Shown: positions 40,456 through 50,641, numbered from the stretch's first letter. The stretch: DNA of 64,000 nucleotides from Halorarum halobium (GCF_032116555.1 NZ_CP134949.1:558001-622000), one strand, 5' to 3'. Made by a program: numbers and translations. Notes: generated from the sequence alone by a model not told the origin.

Positions 40456-41463
40456 CTACTCGACGTCCGGTTCCGCTTCCCGCGCGTCGGTGATTCGTCC
40501 TCGCTGGTCGTCCGAGAGCGAGATGGTGACGGCGCCGAGGTTGTCCTCGAGCTGGTCGACCGTCCGAGCGCCGACGATCGGGATGCAGGCGTAGTCCGGG
40601 CGCTCGACCAGCCAGCGGAGCGCGACCTGGGGCGGCGTCGCGTCGAGTTCGTCTGCGACCGACCGGATCTCGTCGAGGACGCGCCAGCTTCGCTCGTCGA
40701 CGTAGTACTCCTGGAACGAGTCGACGAGGTCGGCGCGCGAGCCCTCCGGGCCGACCGCGGAGCCGTCCTCGGCGCGCTCGTACTTCCCGGTGAGGAAGCC
40801 GCCGGCGAGCGGGGAGTACGGGCAGACCGCCAGATCCTGATCGGCTGCGACGTCGAGGTACTCCTCCGTGTCGCGGTAGGCGGCGTGGAACAGCGGCTGG
40901 GTCACCTCGAACCGTTCGAGGTCGTGGACCTCCGACTTCCAGAGCATCTTCGTCAGCTGCCAGGCGGCCATCGAGGAGGCGCCGAGGTAGTTGACCCGGC
41001 CGTCCTCGACCAGCCCGGAAAGCGTCGAGAGCGTCTCCTCGACGGGCGTCTCCTCGTCGAACCGGTGGACGTAGTAGACGTCGAGGTAGTCCGTGCCGAG
41101 CCGGTCGAGCGTGCCCTCGATCTGCCGGCGGATGTGCGTGCGCGAGAGGCCCGAGCCGTTGGGGTTCTCGGGGTCGAAGCCGAAGTACACCTTCGAGGCG
41201 AGGACGAACTCGTCGCGGTCGCGCCCGGCGAGCCAGTCGCCGACGTACTCCTCGCCGGTGCCGTTCGGGTCGCCGTACACGTTCGCCGTGTCGATGAAGT
41301 TCCCGCCCGCGTTCGCGTAGGCGTCGAGCAGGTCGTGGGCCTCTCCGCGGTCGGTCTCGACGACGCCGTCCGAGCGCTTGCCGAAGCGCCAGGTGCCGAA
41401 ACAGAGCTGCGAGACCTTCGTTCCGGTCGAGCCGAGTCGTCGGTACTGCATGTCGGTGGTCAT
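40456..41463 (-). CDS. Aldo/keto reductase
   Basis: NFIDTANVYG, LASKV, LGTDYLDVYYVHRFD, YSPLAGGFLTGKY. Confidence 0.93.
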   Translation of the reverse strand: MTTDMQYRRLGSTGTKVSQLCFGTWRFGKRSDGVVETDRGEAHDLLDAYANAGGNFIDTANVYGDPNGTGEEYVGDWLAGRDRDEFVLASKVYFGFDPENPNGSGLSRTHIRRQIEGTLDRLGTDYLDVYYVHRFDEETPVEETLSTLSGLVEDGRVNYLGASSMAAWQLTKMLWKSEVHDLERFEVTQPLFHAAYRDTEEYLDVAADQDLAVCPYSPLAGGFLTGKYERAEDGSAVGPEGSRADLVDSFQEYYVDERSWRVLDEIRSVADELDATPPQVALRWLVERPDYACIPIVGARTVDQLEDNLGAVTISLSDDQRGRITDAREAEPDVE

Positions 41464-41604
41464 CGGTTTCCGGTTGGGTTCGCGGTGACTAAAACGCGGG
41501 TGCTCCGGCGAGATGGGTGCTCCTCGGAGAGTCCTCGGACCGTCGTGCTTGCAGTGGCTGTGACGGAGTCGAATCACTACCCCTGGCGGTGATTTCTGCC
41601 TCGC

Positions 41605-41829
41605 CCTCCCCAGCCGATTCGCTCGCTGTCGGCGCGCCACAGGGGCGCGCCGGCTCGCTCACCCCTCGCGCGCGTCGACTCACCCCACGAAGGGGGTTTG
41701 CGTCGCGCGCGCCACCCGCCAGCACGCGTCGACCACTCACCTGCTGCCAACTCACCCGCCGGCTGACCGGGCGACCGTCACGGCCGACCAACCGATGGGT
41801 GGGACTGAAACGAGCCGCGGGGGCTTTCG
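41605..41829. repeat. Partial repeat copies (copy 7): arm B forward at 41605-41713, collapsed arm A inverted at 41798-41829
   Basis: CCCTCCCCAGCCGATTCGCTC...CGCGCGCC; GGTGGGACTGAAA...GGGGCTTTCG. Confidence 0.8.
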
Positions 41830-41997
41830 CGGTCTACACCACGGCGTTCTCGGGCCCGCGAACGACCAGCTACCGTTCCGGCTACTGGAGTTCCCGCACG
41901 AAATTCCGACGAACGCTGCTCCACACCGAACCGAAGCCGATGGGCGACATCGGCCCCGAGCGGTACGCCTTTCACCGGCGACGCCGACCGCTCGCGT

Positions 41998-42408
41998 ATG
42001 ACAGTCACACTCGGACTGGTGGTGGCACGCTTCAACGCGTCCGTCACCGAGCCGATGGCCGAAACCGCCCGGGAGGCGGCCGAGGACCGCGGCGTCGAAC
42101 TCGCCGAGACCGTCGAGATACCGGGAGTGTACGACGCGCCGCTCGCGGCCGACCGCCTCGCGCGCCGGGACGCAGTGGACGCCGTCGCCGTCGTCGGCGC
42201 CATCGTCTCGGGCGACACGGACCACGATCGGGTCATCGGCCACGCGACCGCGCGGAAACTGACCGACGTGAGCCTGGAGCGGGACAAGCCGGTCACGTTC
42301 GGCGTCTCGGGGCCGGGCCAGAGCGGGGCCGTCGCGCGCGAACGGATCCACAAGGGTGCGGAGGCCGTCGACGCCGCGGTCGACCTCGCGGAGGGGCTCC
42401 CGGCATGA
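41998..42408 (+). CDS. ribH: 6,7-dimethyl-8-ribityllumazine synthase
   Basis: VVARFN, PGVYDAP, GAIVSGDTDH, KPVTFGV. Confidence 0.95.
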   Translation: MTVTLGLVVARFNASVTEPMAETAREAAEDRGVELAETVEIPGVYDAPLAADRLARRDAVDAVAVVGAIVSGDTDHDRVIGHATARKLTDVSLERDKPVTFGVSGPGQSGAVARERIHKGAEAVDAAVDLAEGLPA

Positions 42409-43556
42409 CGGCGTTCGACTTCTCCGCGCGCGTCGAGCGCGTCGAGCCGTCGGCGACGCTGGCGATCAGCAACGCCGCGACGGAACTGGAGGCCGACGGG
42501 ATCGACGTCGTGAACCTCTCGGTGGGCGAGCCCGACTTCCCGACGCCCGAGAACGTCGTCCGGGCCGGCAAGGAGGCGATGGACGCCGGGAACACCGGCT
42601 ACACCTCCTCGAACGGGATCCCGGAGCTGAAGGGCGCGATCGCCGACAAGCTTCGCGCGGACGGCGTGGCGGCCGACGCGGACGACGTGATCGTCACGCC
42701 CGGCGCGAAGCAGGCGCTCTACGAGGTCGTCCAGACCCTGATCGACGACGGCGACGAGGTGGTCCTGCTGGACCCCGCGTGGGTGTCCTACGAGGCTATG
42801 GTGAAACTCGCCGGCGGCGACCTCGGCCGCGTCGACCTCGCGCCCCACGACTTCCAGCTCGAACCCGCGCTCGACGCGCTCGGCGAGGCGGTCTCGGACG
42901 ACACCGAACTGCTCGTCGTGAACTCCCCGGCGAACCCGACGGGCGCGGTGTTCTCCGAGGCCGCGCTGGAGGGCGTCCGCGACCTCGCGGTCGAGCACGA
43001 CGTCGCCGTGATCTCGGACGAGATCTACGAGCAGATCACCTACGGCGTCGAGCCGACGAGCCTGGCGAGCCTGGACGGGATGGCCGACCGCACGATCACC
43101 GTGAACGGCTTCTCGAAGGCGTACTCGATGACCGGCTGGCGGCTCGGCTACTTCCACGCGACGGGCGACCTCGTCTCCCAGGCCGGCAAACTCCACAGCC
43201 ACTCCGTCTCCTGTGCGACGAACTTCGTCCAGCACGCCGGCGTCGAGGCGCTCTCGAACACGGAGACCGCCGTCGACCAGATGGTCGAGGCGTTCCGCGA
43301 CCGGCGCGACCTCGTGCTCGACCTGCTTGCCGACCACGGCGTCGAACCCCCGGAACCGGACGGCGCGTTCTACGTGATGCTTCCGGTCGACGAGGACGAC
43401 GCCGCCTGGGCCGAGTCCGCCATCCAGGACGCCCACGTCGCCACGGTCCCCGGCTCCGCCTTCGGCGCGCCGGGCTACGCGCGCATCTCCTACGCCGCGA
43501 GCGAGGAGCGCCTCCGCGAGGGCGTCGAACGACTCGCGGAGCACGGCCTGTTCTGA
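42405..43556 (+). CDS. Class I PLP aminotransferase (aspartate aminotransferase-like)
   Basis: GEPDFPTP, GAKQAL, NSPANPTG, SDEIYE, FSKAYSMTGWRLG. Confidence 0.93.
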   Translation: MTAFDFSARVERVEPSATLAISNAATELEADGIDVVNLSVGEPDFPTPENVVRAGKEAMDAGNTGYTSSNGIPELKGAIADKLRADGVAADADDVIVTPGAKQALYEVVQTLIDDGDEVVLLDPAWVSYEAMVKLAGGDLGRVDLAPHDFQLEPALDALGEAVSDDTELLVVNSPANPTGAVFSEAALEGVRDLAVEHDVAVISDEIYEQITYGVEPTSLASLDGMADRTITVNGFSKAYSMTGWRLGYFHATGDLVSQAGKLHSHSVSCATNFVQHAGVEALSNTETAVDQMVEAFRDRRDLVLDLLADHGVEPPEPDGAFYVMLPVDEDDAAWAESAIQDAHVATVPGSAFGAPGYARISYAASEERLREGVERLAEHGLF

Positions 43557-43704
43557 AGGCGGGCGACGAATGGCTCCGCCGTCGGTCTTTCGTGTCCCCC
43601 GTGACCGGGGGCTTTCGCGGTCGTGGTGGCGGTTGCGGTCGGGGTTCCGTTGACCGTGCCAAGAGTTGACAACGTTTTAGACCGGACGGCGCGACGAACC
43701 GATC

Positions 43705-44379
43705 ATGGACGGCATCCACGACGTCGGCGGGATGGACACCTTCCACGACCTGCCCGCCGACGAACCCGACGACGCCAGCCCGTTCCACCACGAGTGGGAG
43801 GGCGTCGTTCAGGCGCTCTACCTCGCCGGCCTGGGGTCGGACACGTTCGAACTCGACCGCTTCCGGTACGAACTGGAGAGCCTCGACCCGGAGTACTACC
43901 TCGGGACGCCGTACTACGAGCGCTGGTTGACTGCGGCCGAATCGCTGTTCGCAGAGGCCGGCGTCGTCGATGCCGACGAACTGCTCGAACGCGCTCGCGC
44001 CATCGAGGCGGGCGAGGCCGAGGCGACCGAACGGACCGACCCCGAGCGCCTCCCGGAACTCCTCGAGGGCGTCCGCGAGGTGTACATGAGCGGGCGCGAC
44101 GGCGGGGAGCCAGCGTTCGAGGTGGGCGACCGGGTTCGGGTTCGAAAGGAGCACCCGAAACGGCACACCCGCTGCCCGCGCTACGTCCGCGGCGCGGAGG
44201 GCGAGGTCGTGGCGTATCGCGGGTCGTACGTCTACCCCGACGCGAACGCACACGGCGAGGAGCGGGCCGAGCCACTGTACAACGTCCGCTTCGGTTCTGG
44301 TGAGTTATGGGGCGAGGCCAACACTGACGGGGACTGGTTGCACGTCGAACTCTGGGAACCGTACCTGGATTCGGTCTGA
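43705..44379 (+). CDS. nthB: Nitrile hydratase beta subunit
   Basis: MDGIHDVGG, FHHEWE, YYERW, F.VGDRVRV...HTRCPRYVRG..G, PDANAHG, LYNVRF...LWG, LWEPYL. Confidence 0.95.
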   Translation: MDGIHDVGGMDTFHDLPADEPDDASPFHHEWEGVVQALYLAGLGSDTFELDRFRYELESLDPEYYLGTPYYERWLTAAESLFAEAGVVDADELLERARAIEAGEAEATERTDPERLPELLEGVREVYMSGRDGGEPAFEVGDRVRVRKEHPKRHTRCPRYVRGAEGEVVAYRGSYVYPDANAHGEERAEPLYNVRFGSGELWGEANTDGDWLHVELWEPYLDSV

Positions 44380-44510
44380 GTTCTCCGTCCGGCGGACTAC
44401 GAAACCTCCCCAACTGTCAGCTCCTGCGTCGGTTCATTCATCGTTTCGACCGCCTCGCCAGACCCCGTGGCGCTATCTATTGGAACTTGTTCGGTTGTCG
44501 TGACCACCGC

Positions 44511-44911
44511 CTCGAAAGCCCCCGTGGCGCTGGACTCGGTGCGGCCGCTGCGCTCCTCAGTCGCTCGCTTCGCTCGCTCCCTGCGGTGCTTGACGGTCCG
44601 CGCCGTTCACGAGAGCAAAGCTCTCGTGAGCTCACGAGACGCCGTGCGTCTCGTGAACGTCGTCCAGCGCCGCGGCCCCTTTCAGTCCCACCCACCGCAC
44701 CCGCACCGCAGCCACGGCCTCCCCAGCCGACGAGGCCCCTCCCTCCGGTCGGGACCTCGCCTTACCTCGGAGCACGCTCCTCGGAACTCACCCTCGTGGT
44801 TCGAAAGACGCCAGGGCGTCTTTCGTCATCACGAAAATCTCCGATTTTCGAACGACTGCGCTCGCGTGAGCCTCGCACGAGCGGCCGCGCTCCGCGCGGC
44901 CGCCGCGCGCC
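44511..44911 (+). repeat. Palindromic modular repeat, full copy between nthB and nthA (copy 6)
   Basis: All scaffold motifs present; cassettes at 44606-44657 and 44797-44855. Confidence 0.9.
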
Positions 44912-45015
44912 AGGCGGCTGATCTCGTATCGACGCCCCGAAGCGTCCACGTTCGCGGCCGTTCGCGGACCACCCCGAGGCCAACGGCTAAGTCCGCGCGA
45001 CCGCCACCGACTCAC

Positions 45016-45651
45016 ATGAAAGAGGACGCGGGAGAACGAACGAGCACCGCCGCGCGTGACCTCCGCGACGTCGACCCACAGGCGCGGGCGCGGGCGCTCC
45101 AGTCGCTGCTCGTGGAGGAGGGCATCCTGAGCACCGACGCCGTGGACGAGGTCGTCTCCACCTACGAGAGCGAGGTGGGACCGATGAACGGCGCGCGGGT
45201 CATCGCGCGGGCCTGGACCGACCCCGACTACCGCGAGCGGCTGCTCGAGGACGGCATCTCGGCGGTCGCCGAACTCGACATCGGCGTCAACGACGAGGTG
45301 ATGGAGCTCCGGGTCGTCGAGAACGCGCCCGACGTCCACAACGTCGTCGTCTGCACGCTCTGCTCGTGTTACCCCTGGGCCGTGCTGGGCCTCCCGCCGA
45401 CGTGGTACAAGTCGCCGGCGTACCGCTCCCGCGTCGTCGACGAACCGCGGGCCCTCCTGCGCGAGGAGTTCGACACCGACCTCCCGGATTCGGTCGACGT
45501 GGAGGTGTGGGACTCCAACTCGGAGATCAGGTACATGGTGCTTCCACAGCGCCCCGGGGGGACCGACGACCTGAGCGAGGACGAACTCGCCGACCTCGTC
45601 ACGCGGAACGCGATGATCGGCGTCGAACGGCTCGGGGGTGTCGAGGCGTGA
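45016..45651 (+). CDS. nthA: Nitrile hydratase alpha subunit, cobalt type
   Basis: GPMNGARVIARAW.DP, VCTLCSCYPW.VLGLPP.WYKS..YRSR, VWDS.SEIRYMVLP.RP. Confidence 0.96.
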   Translation: MKEDAGERTSTAARDLRDVDPQARARALQSLLVEEGILSTDAVDEVVSTYESEVGPMNGARVIARAWTDPDYRERLLEDGISAVAELDIGVNDEVMELRVVENAPDVHNVVVCTLCSCYPWAVLGLPPTWYKSPAYRSRVVDEPRALLREEFDTDLPDSVDVEVWDSNSEIRYMVLPQRPGGTDDLSEDELADLVTRNAMIGVERLGGVEA

Positions 45652-46160
45652 GCGCCGGGGACGACCGGCGAGGCGCGGGCGAGCGGGACCACCGACGACC
45701 GCTCGGCGACGGCGATTCGGACGGCCCGACGTTCGCGGAACCGTGGCAGGCCCGCGCATTCGCGCTCGCCGTGGCGCTCACCGACGAGGAGGAACGGGAC
45801 CGGAACTGGGACGACTTCCAGGGGGAACTCGTCGCGGAACTCGACCGGACGCCCGGCGCCGACGACGGCGACGAGGACGACTACTACGGCGCCTGGCTCG
45901 CGGCGCTCGAACGGTTCCTCGTGGAGCGCGACCTCGTCGACCCCGACGCGTTCGCCGAGCGCGCGGCCGAGTTCGCGGGCGGCGACCGCGACGCCCACGA
46001 GTTCGTCGAGGGCGACCCGCACGCACACGCCGACGGCCTGCCGGACGGCCACGCCGACGGGTCGGACCACCATCACGAGCACCTCCAGCACGGCGGCGAC
46101 GGACACCACCACGTCGACCATCGGCGCCACGGCGACGGCCACGCTCACGAGGGCCACTAG
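45648..46160 (+). CDS. Nitrile hydratase accessory (activator) protein with His-rich tail
   Basis: GTGA overlap with nthA; FAEPWQARAFALAV.L, W..F...L, YY..WL.ALE motifs. Confidence 0.9.
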   Translation: MSAGDDRRGAGERDHRRPLGDGDSDGPTFAEPWQARAFALAVALTDEEERDRNWDDFQGELVAELDRTPGADDGDEDDYYGAWLAALERFLVERDLVDPDAFAERAAEFAGGDRDAHEFVEGDPHAHADGLPDGHADGSDHHHEHLQHGGDGHHHVDHRRHGDGHAHEGH

Positions 46161-46236
46161 CGCCGTCTCGGTCGCGACCACTGACGCCACGGTCCACGAC
46201 ACGTTTTTACCCGATACCGACCCAGTACCGCCAACC

Positions 46237-48228
46237 GTGCGCGTCGACTCCCTCCCGCTCGCTCCCCAGTTCGTCGACCACTTCCGGGAGGAGGGTATCG
46301 AGGAACTGTACCCGCCGCAGGCCGCCGCCGTCGAGGCCGGCGTCTGCGAGGGCGACAACGTCGTCGCCGCCATCCCGACCGCCTCGGGCAAGACGTTCGT
46401 CGCCGAACTCGGCCTGCTCACCGCCGACGGCCCCGGCCTCTACATCTGCCCGCTCCGCGCGCTCGCCCGCGAGAAGTACGAGGAGTTCGACGCCCTGCCC
46501 GGCGTGGACGTCGGCATCTCGACGGGCGATTACGACTCCGCGGCGAGCGACCTCGCCGACCACGACGTCGTCGTCGCCACCTCCGAGAAGGTCGACTCGG
46601 CCATCCGGAACGGCGCCGACTGGGTCGCCGACCTCGCCTGCGTCGTCGTCGACGAGGTCCACCTGCTCGGCGAGGCCGAGCGCGGCCCGACCCTGGAGGT
46701 GACGCTCGCGACGCTCCGCCGCCGCGCGGGCGACGCCCAGGTCGTCGCGCTGTCGGCGACCGTCGACAACCCCGAGGCCGTCGCGGCGTGGCTCGACGCC
46801 GAACTCGTCGAGTCCGAGTGGCGACCCGTCGACCTCCGGACGGGCGTGTACGCCGAGGCGTCCGTCCGGTTCGACGACGACACCGAACTCGCGGTCGACG
46901 GCATCGACGTCGACGACCCCGCGAGCGAGGCCGACGCCGAGGCGACCGCCGCGCTCGTCCGCGATGCGGTGGCCAACGGCGGGCAGGCGCTCGCGTTCGT
47001 CCGCTCGCGGCGGGAGGCCGAACGGCTGGCCGACCGTCTCCGACAGGCGGGGCTCGCCGAGGCGGCCGGCATCGGGGTGGAAGCGGCCGCCGTCGCCGAG
47101 GAGGTCCGGGACGCCGGCGGCACCGACGTCGGCGAACGGCTCGCCGAGAGCGCCGCCTGGGGCGTCGCGTTCCACCACGCGGGCCTCCGCTCGGAACACC
47201 GCGCGGTCGTGGAGAACGCGTTTCGGGACCGCCGACTTGCGGTCATCTGCGCGACGCCGACGCTCGCCGCCGGGGTAAACGTCCCCGCGCGCCGGGTCGT
47301 CGTCCGGGACCAGCAGCGCTACACCGGCACGGGGACCGAGTGGCTGCCCGTCCTCGAGGTCCACCAGATGTGCGGGCGCGCCGGCAGGCCGCACCTCGAC
47401 CCCTACGGCGAGGCGGTGCTCGTCGGCGACGCGGACGACCGCGACGAGCTCTGGACGCGCTACGTCGAGGGCGAATCCGAGGCCGTCGAGTCACAGCTTC
47501 GCGACCGGGCCGCGCTCCGGACCCACACGCTCGCGCTCGTCGCCACCGGCATCGCCGGCTCGCAGGCCGGCGTCCTCGACGCGCTCGGCGGGACGTTCTA
47601 CGCCTCGCGGACGCCGAACCCGGATCTGGGGGGCGTCGTCGGCGACGTGATCGCCGAACTCATCGACATGGACATGCTCGAACCCGACGGCGACGGCATC
47701 GCCGCGACGCCGCTCGGCTCGCAGGTGTCCAGACAGTACGTCAAGCCCGCCACCGGCCGCGACCTGGTCGCCGGCATCCGAACCGCGGCGGCGATGGACC
47801 CCGGGGACGTGACCGCGCTCACCGCGCTGGAACTCGTCTGTTCGACCCCGGACATGCACGACACGTACCTCGGCGAGCGCGAGCGGGCCGCCATGTACCA
47901 GTTCGCCCGCGAGCATGACGCCGAGTTCACGACGGGGATGCGGGAGGCAGACGACTTCGAGGCGTGGCTCGAGTCGGTGAAGACCGCGAGAATCCTCGCC
48001 GAGTGGGTCGAGGGCGCCACCGCCGAGGAACTGGTCGAGGGGTACCGCATCGGCCCGGGCGACCTCGAATCACGAATCGAGCGCGCGGAGTGGCTCCTCG
48101 GCGCCGCCGAGGCCATCGCCGACGTCGTCGACGTCGAACTGCCGGCGCTCGAGTCGACGCGGGAACGGCTCGTTCCCGAGGGTGCCGCGCCCGATGAAAC
48201 GGTCGAGTCGGTCGACCCGAACAGCTAA
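46237..48228 (+). CDS. Ski2-like DExH helicase, short Hel308 paralogue
   Basis: LYPPQ, PTASGKT, DEVH, LSAT, FHHAGL, TPTLAAGVN.PA, QMCGRAGRP. Confidence 0.92.
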   Translation: MRVDSLPLAPQFVDHFREEGIEELYPPQAAAVEAGVCEGDNVVAAIPTASGKTFVAELGLLTADGPGLYICPLRALAREKYEEFDALPGVDVGISTGDYDSAASDLADHDVVVATSEKVDSAIRNGADWVADLACVVVDEVHLLGEAERGPTLEVTLATLRRRAGDAQVVALSATVDNPEAVAAWLDAELVESEWRPVDLRTGVYAEASVRFDDDTELAVDGIDVDDPASEADAEATAALVRDAVANGGQALAFVRSRREAERLADRLRQAGLAEAAGIGVEAAAVAEEVRDAGGTDVGERLAESAAWGVAFHHAGLRSEHRAVVENAFRDRRLAVICATPTLAAGVNVPARRVVVRDQQRYTGTGTEWLPVLEVHQMCGRAGRPHLDPYGEAVLVGDADDRDELWTRYVEGESEAVESQLRDRAALRTHTLALVATGIAGSQAGVLDALGGTFYASRTPNPDLGGVVGDVIAELIDMDMLEPDGDGIAATPLGSQVSRQYVKPATGRDLVAGIRTAAAMDPGDVTALTALELVCSTPDMHDTYLGERERAAMYQFAREHDAEFTTGMREADDFEAWLESVKTARILAEWVEGATAEELVEGYRIGPGDLESRIERAEWLLGAAEAIADVVDVELPALESTRERLVPEGAAPDETVESVDPNS

Positions 48229-49604
48229 TCGGACCCGTCCGGGCGGTCGTACTCGTCGGCCGCACGACGCTCCCCCACGCGGCCCAGCACGGCCGGCGTC
48301 CGGCAGACGCCGGCCTCGCCGGCGGCCTGCGGGACGACGCAGTTGTTGCAGTTCTCGCAGGCGACCGCCACCTGGCCGTCGGTCGCGTCCCCGGACCCGC
48401 CCGTCCCGTCGCGTGCTGCTGCACCGGATCCGGTCGCCCGGTCGAGCAGGCGGGCGGGCAGCCGCGGTTCCGCGTAGAACGGTCGTCCCATCCCGACGGC
48501 GTCGCAGGCGTCGCCGAGGAGTCGGTCGATCGTGGCCCCGTCCCGGACGCCGCCCTCACAGAGCACCGGCACGTCGACGCGCTCGCGGACCCGCCGGCAG
48601 AGCGCCTCGTTCCACGCCGGGTCGAACCCGTAGCCCAGCGACTCGACCCAGTTCGCCAGCGCGACGAGCGCCGCGCGCGGCCGGGAGCCGAAGGCGGCGG
48701 CGTACCCCTCGCGGAACCGCTCGTCGCGCCAGGACCGGGCCGGAAACTCGCCCCTGACGATGCTCATGTCCCAGAAGACGGAGCCGGAGACGGGGACGAG
48801 CGCGTCGTAGCCGGCGGCGTCGAGCCGCTCGCAGAGCCGGACGCAGTCGTCGGCCGAGAGCCGGCGGCGGACGAACGGCGGCGCGTCGGTCTCGGCGGGC
48901 ACCTTGGTCATCACCGGGACGTCGCCGGCACGGTCGCCGATCTCCTCGCGAACGAGTTCGAGGAAGCGCGCGCCGTCGCCGAACTCGTCGTCGCGCCGGT
49001 TGTAGAACGGGGAGAGGAACTGGTGGACGATGCCCATGTTCGCGCCGGCGAGGTGAATCAGGTCGTAGCCGGCGTCGACCGCCATCGCCGCGGAGCGGCC
49101 GAAGTCGGCCGCCAGGTCGTACACCTCGCTCGTGGAGAGCACGTGCGGGTCGTACGAGAGGAGTCCCGCCCCGTCGAGTGCGCGAAGGACGAACGGCGGC
49201 TCCGAGACGGCGAGCTGGTGCAGGTCCGGATTGGCTCGGCGGAACTCGCGGTGCCACGTCTCCATCGAGCGCAGCCCGCCGTGTTCGAGCTGGACGGCGA
49301 TCTTCCCGCCGTGGGCGTGGATCGCATCGGTGAGCCGCTCGAGTTCGGCGACGAACTCCGGGTCGTGGACGCGGGTCATCCCCGGCGCGGCACAGCCGCC
49401 CTCGGGCCGGACGATGGTCGCCCCCTGGCAGACGAGCCCCGCTCCGGCCGCGGCGGCCGGCTCCAGTTCGGCGACGAGCGCGTCGACCGCGCCGGGGCCG
49501 TTCCCGGCGCACTCGAGCAGCGGGGCGCGGTAGAGCCGGTTCGGGACGGTGACCCCGCCGATCTCGAACGGCGTGTCGAGCGCCGGAGGTCGCGCGTTTG
49601 CCAT
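48225..49604 (-). CDS. NADH:flavin oxidoreductase (Old Yellow Enzyme family)
   Basis: PNRLYRAP, QLEHGG, AGYD, QFLSPFYNRRDD.FG, MGRPFYAEP. Confidence 0.88.
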   Translation of the reverse strand: MANARPPALDTPFEIGGVTVPNRLYRAPLLECAGNGPGAVDALVAELEPAAAAGAGLVCQGATIVRPEGGCAAPGMTRVHDPEFVAELERLTDAIHAHGGKIAVQLEHGGLRSMETWHREFRRANPDLHQLAVSEPPFVLRALDGAGLLSYDPHVLSTSEVYDLAADFGRSAAMAVDAGYDLIHLAGANMGIVHQFLSPFYNRRDDEFGDGARFLELVREEIGDRAGDVPVMTKVPAETDAPPFVRRRLSADDCVRLCERLDAAGYDALVPVSGSVFWDMSIVRGEFPARSWRDERFREGYAAAFGSRPRAALVALANWVESLGYGFDPAWNEALCRRVRERVDVPVLCEGGVRDGATIDRLLGDACDAVGMGRPFYAEPRLPARLLDRATGSGAAARDGTGGSGDATDGQVAVACENCNNCVVPQAAGEAGVCRTPAVLGRVGERRAADEYDRPDGSD

Positions 49605-49728
49605 CGGCCCTCGTTCGGACCGACGACGGTTCAAGCCACCTGTGGTCCGTGCGGGAAGCCACGCGGTCGTCGCGGTACCCCCGCGACCGGCCCACCGAAT
49701 TAACCCGCCTCGCGGCGAATTCGTCCCC

Positions 49729-50574
49729 ATGGACTCGGCCGACTCGTCGGACGAGAGCGACCCGTCCGGGGCCACGCTCTCGTATCGGAACATCCTCGAG
49801 CGGGAGATGGAGAACGCGCTCCGGGAGATGGACCGCCCCCTGTCGGGGCTGTTCCTCTCGGGCGTCTCGGCGGGGTTGAACCTCAGCTTCGGGGCGCTGT
49901 TCATGGCGCTGGTGCTGACGCTCTCGGGCGGGTTCGACTCGGCGCTGGTTCGACAGACCGCGCTCGCGGCCGCCTCCTCGGTCGCGTTCCTGTTCGTCGT
50001 CGTCGGGCAGACGGAGCTGTTCACGGCCCACTCCACGCTCGGCGTGCTGCCGGTGCTCGACGGGCGCTCCTCGACCCGCGACCTCGGTCGGCTGTGGGCG
50101 GTCACGTACGCGTCGAACCTCGTCGGCTGTGCCGTCTTCTCCGTGCTGCTTGCCGGCGTCGTCGCCTCGCGTGACGTCGTCTCGGCCACGGCGTTCGGCA
50201 CGCTCGCCGGGGCGCTCGTGCCGCTATCCTGGTGGGCGATACTGCTGAGCGGCGTGCTCGCGGGCTGGCTGATGGGGCTCGTGACGTGGCTCTCGGCGGC
50301 CAGCCGCGACACCATCGGTCGCGCGGCGTTCGTCCTACTCGGCACGGGCGCCATCGGGTTCGGCCCGTTCCACCACAGCATCCTCGGCACGACGGAGGTG
50401 CTGACCGCGCTGCTGCTGGGGCAGGGAATCACGGCCGGGGGCTTCGGCCACTTCCTGCTCTGGACGACGCTCGGGAACGTCGTCGGCGGGACGGTGTTCG
50501 TCGGACTGCTCAACTACGGCCACGTCGCGCTGGTCGGCCGCGACGTCGATCTCGAACCCGAGGAGGAGGCGTGA
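49729..50574 (+). CDS. Formate/nitrite transporter (FNT) family channel
   Basis: ELFT, NLVG, HSI, TLGNVVGG; about six TM segments. Confidence 0.88.
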   Translation: MDSADSSDESDPSGATLSYRNILEREMENALREMDRPLSGLFLSGVSAGLNLSFGALFMALVLTLSGGFDSALVRQTALAAASSVAFLFVVVGQTELFTAHSTLGVLPVLDGRSSTRDLGRLWAVTYASNLVGCAVFSVLLAGVVASRDVVSATAFGTLAGALVPLSWWAILLSGVLAGWLMGLVTWLSAASRDTIGRAAFVLLGTGAIGFGPFHHSILGTTEVLTALLLGQGITAGGFGHFLLWTTLGNVVGGTVFVGLLNYGHVALVGRDVDLEPEEEA

Positions 50575-50641
50575 CCGAGGACCTGAGAGATGGCCGCCGG
50601 AGCCGGGTCGGTGAGCGGCCCGCGACGGGTCCCGTGGCGAC

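Noticed and set aside
49729..50574. FNT channel as part of the nitrile hydratase pathway
   Set aside because: Separated from the cluster by a helicase and an oppositely oriented flavin oxidoreductase; no sequence evidence of linkage.
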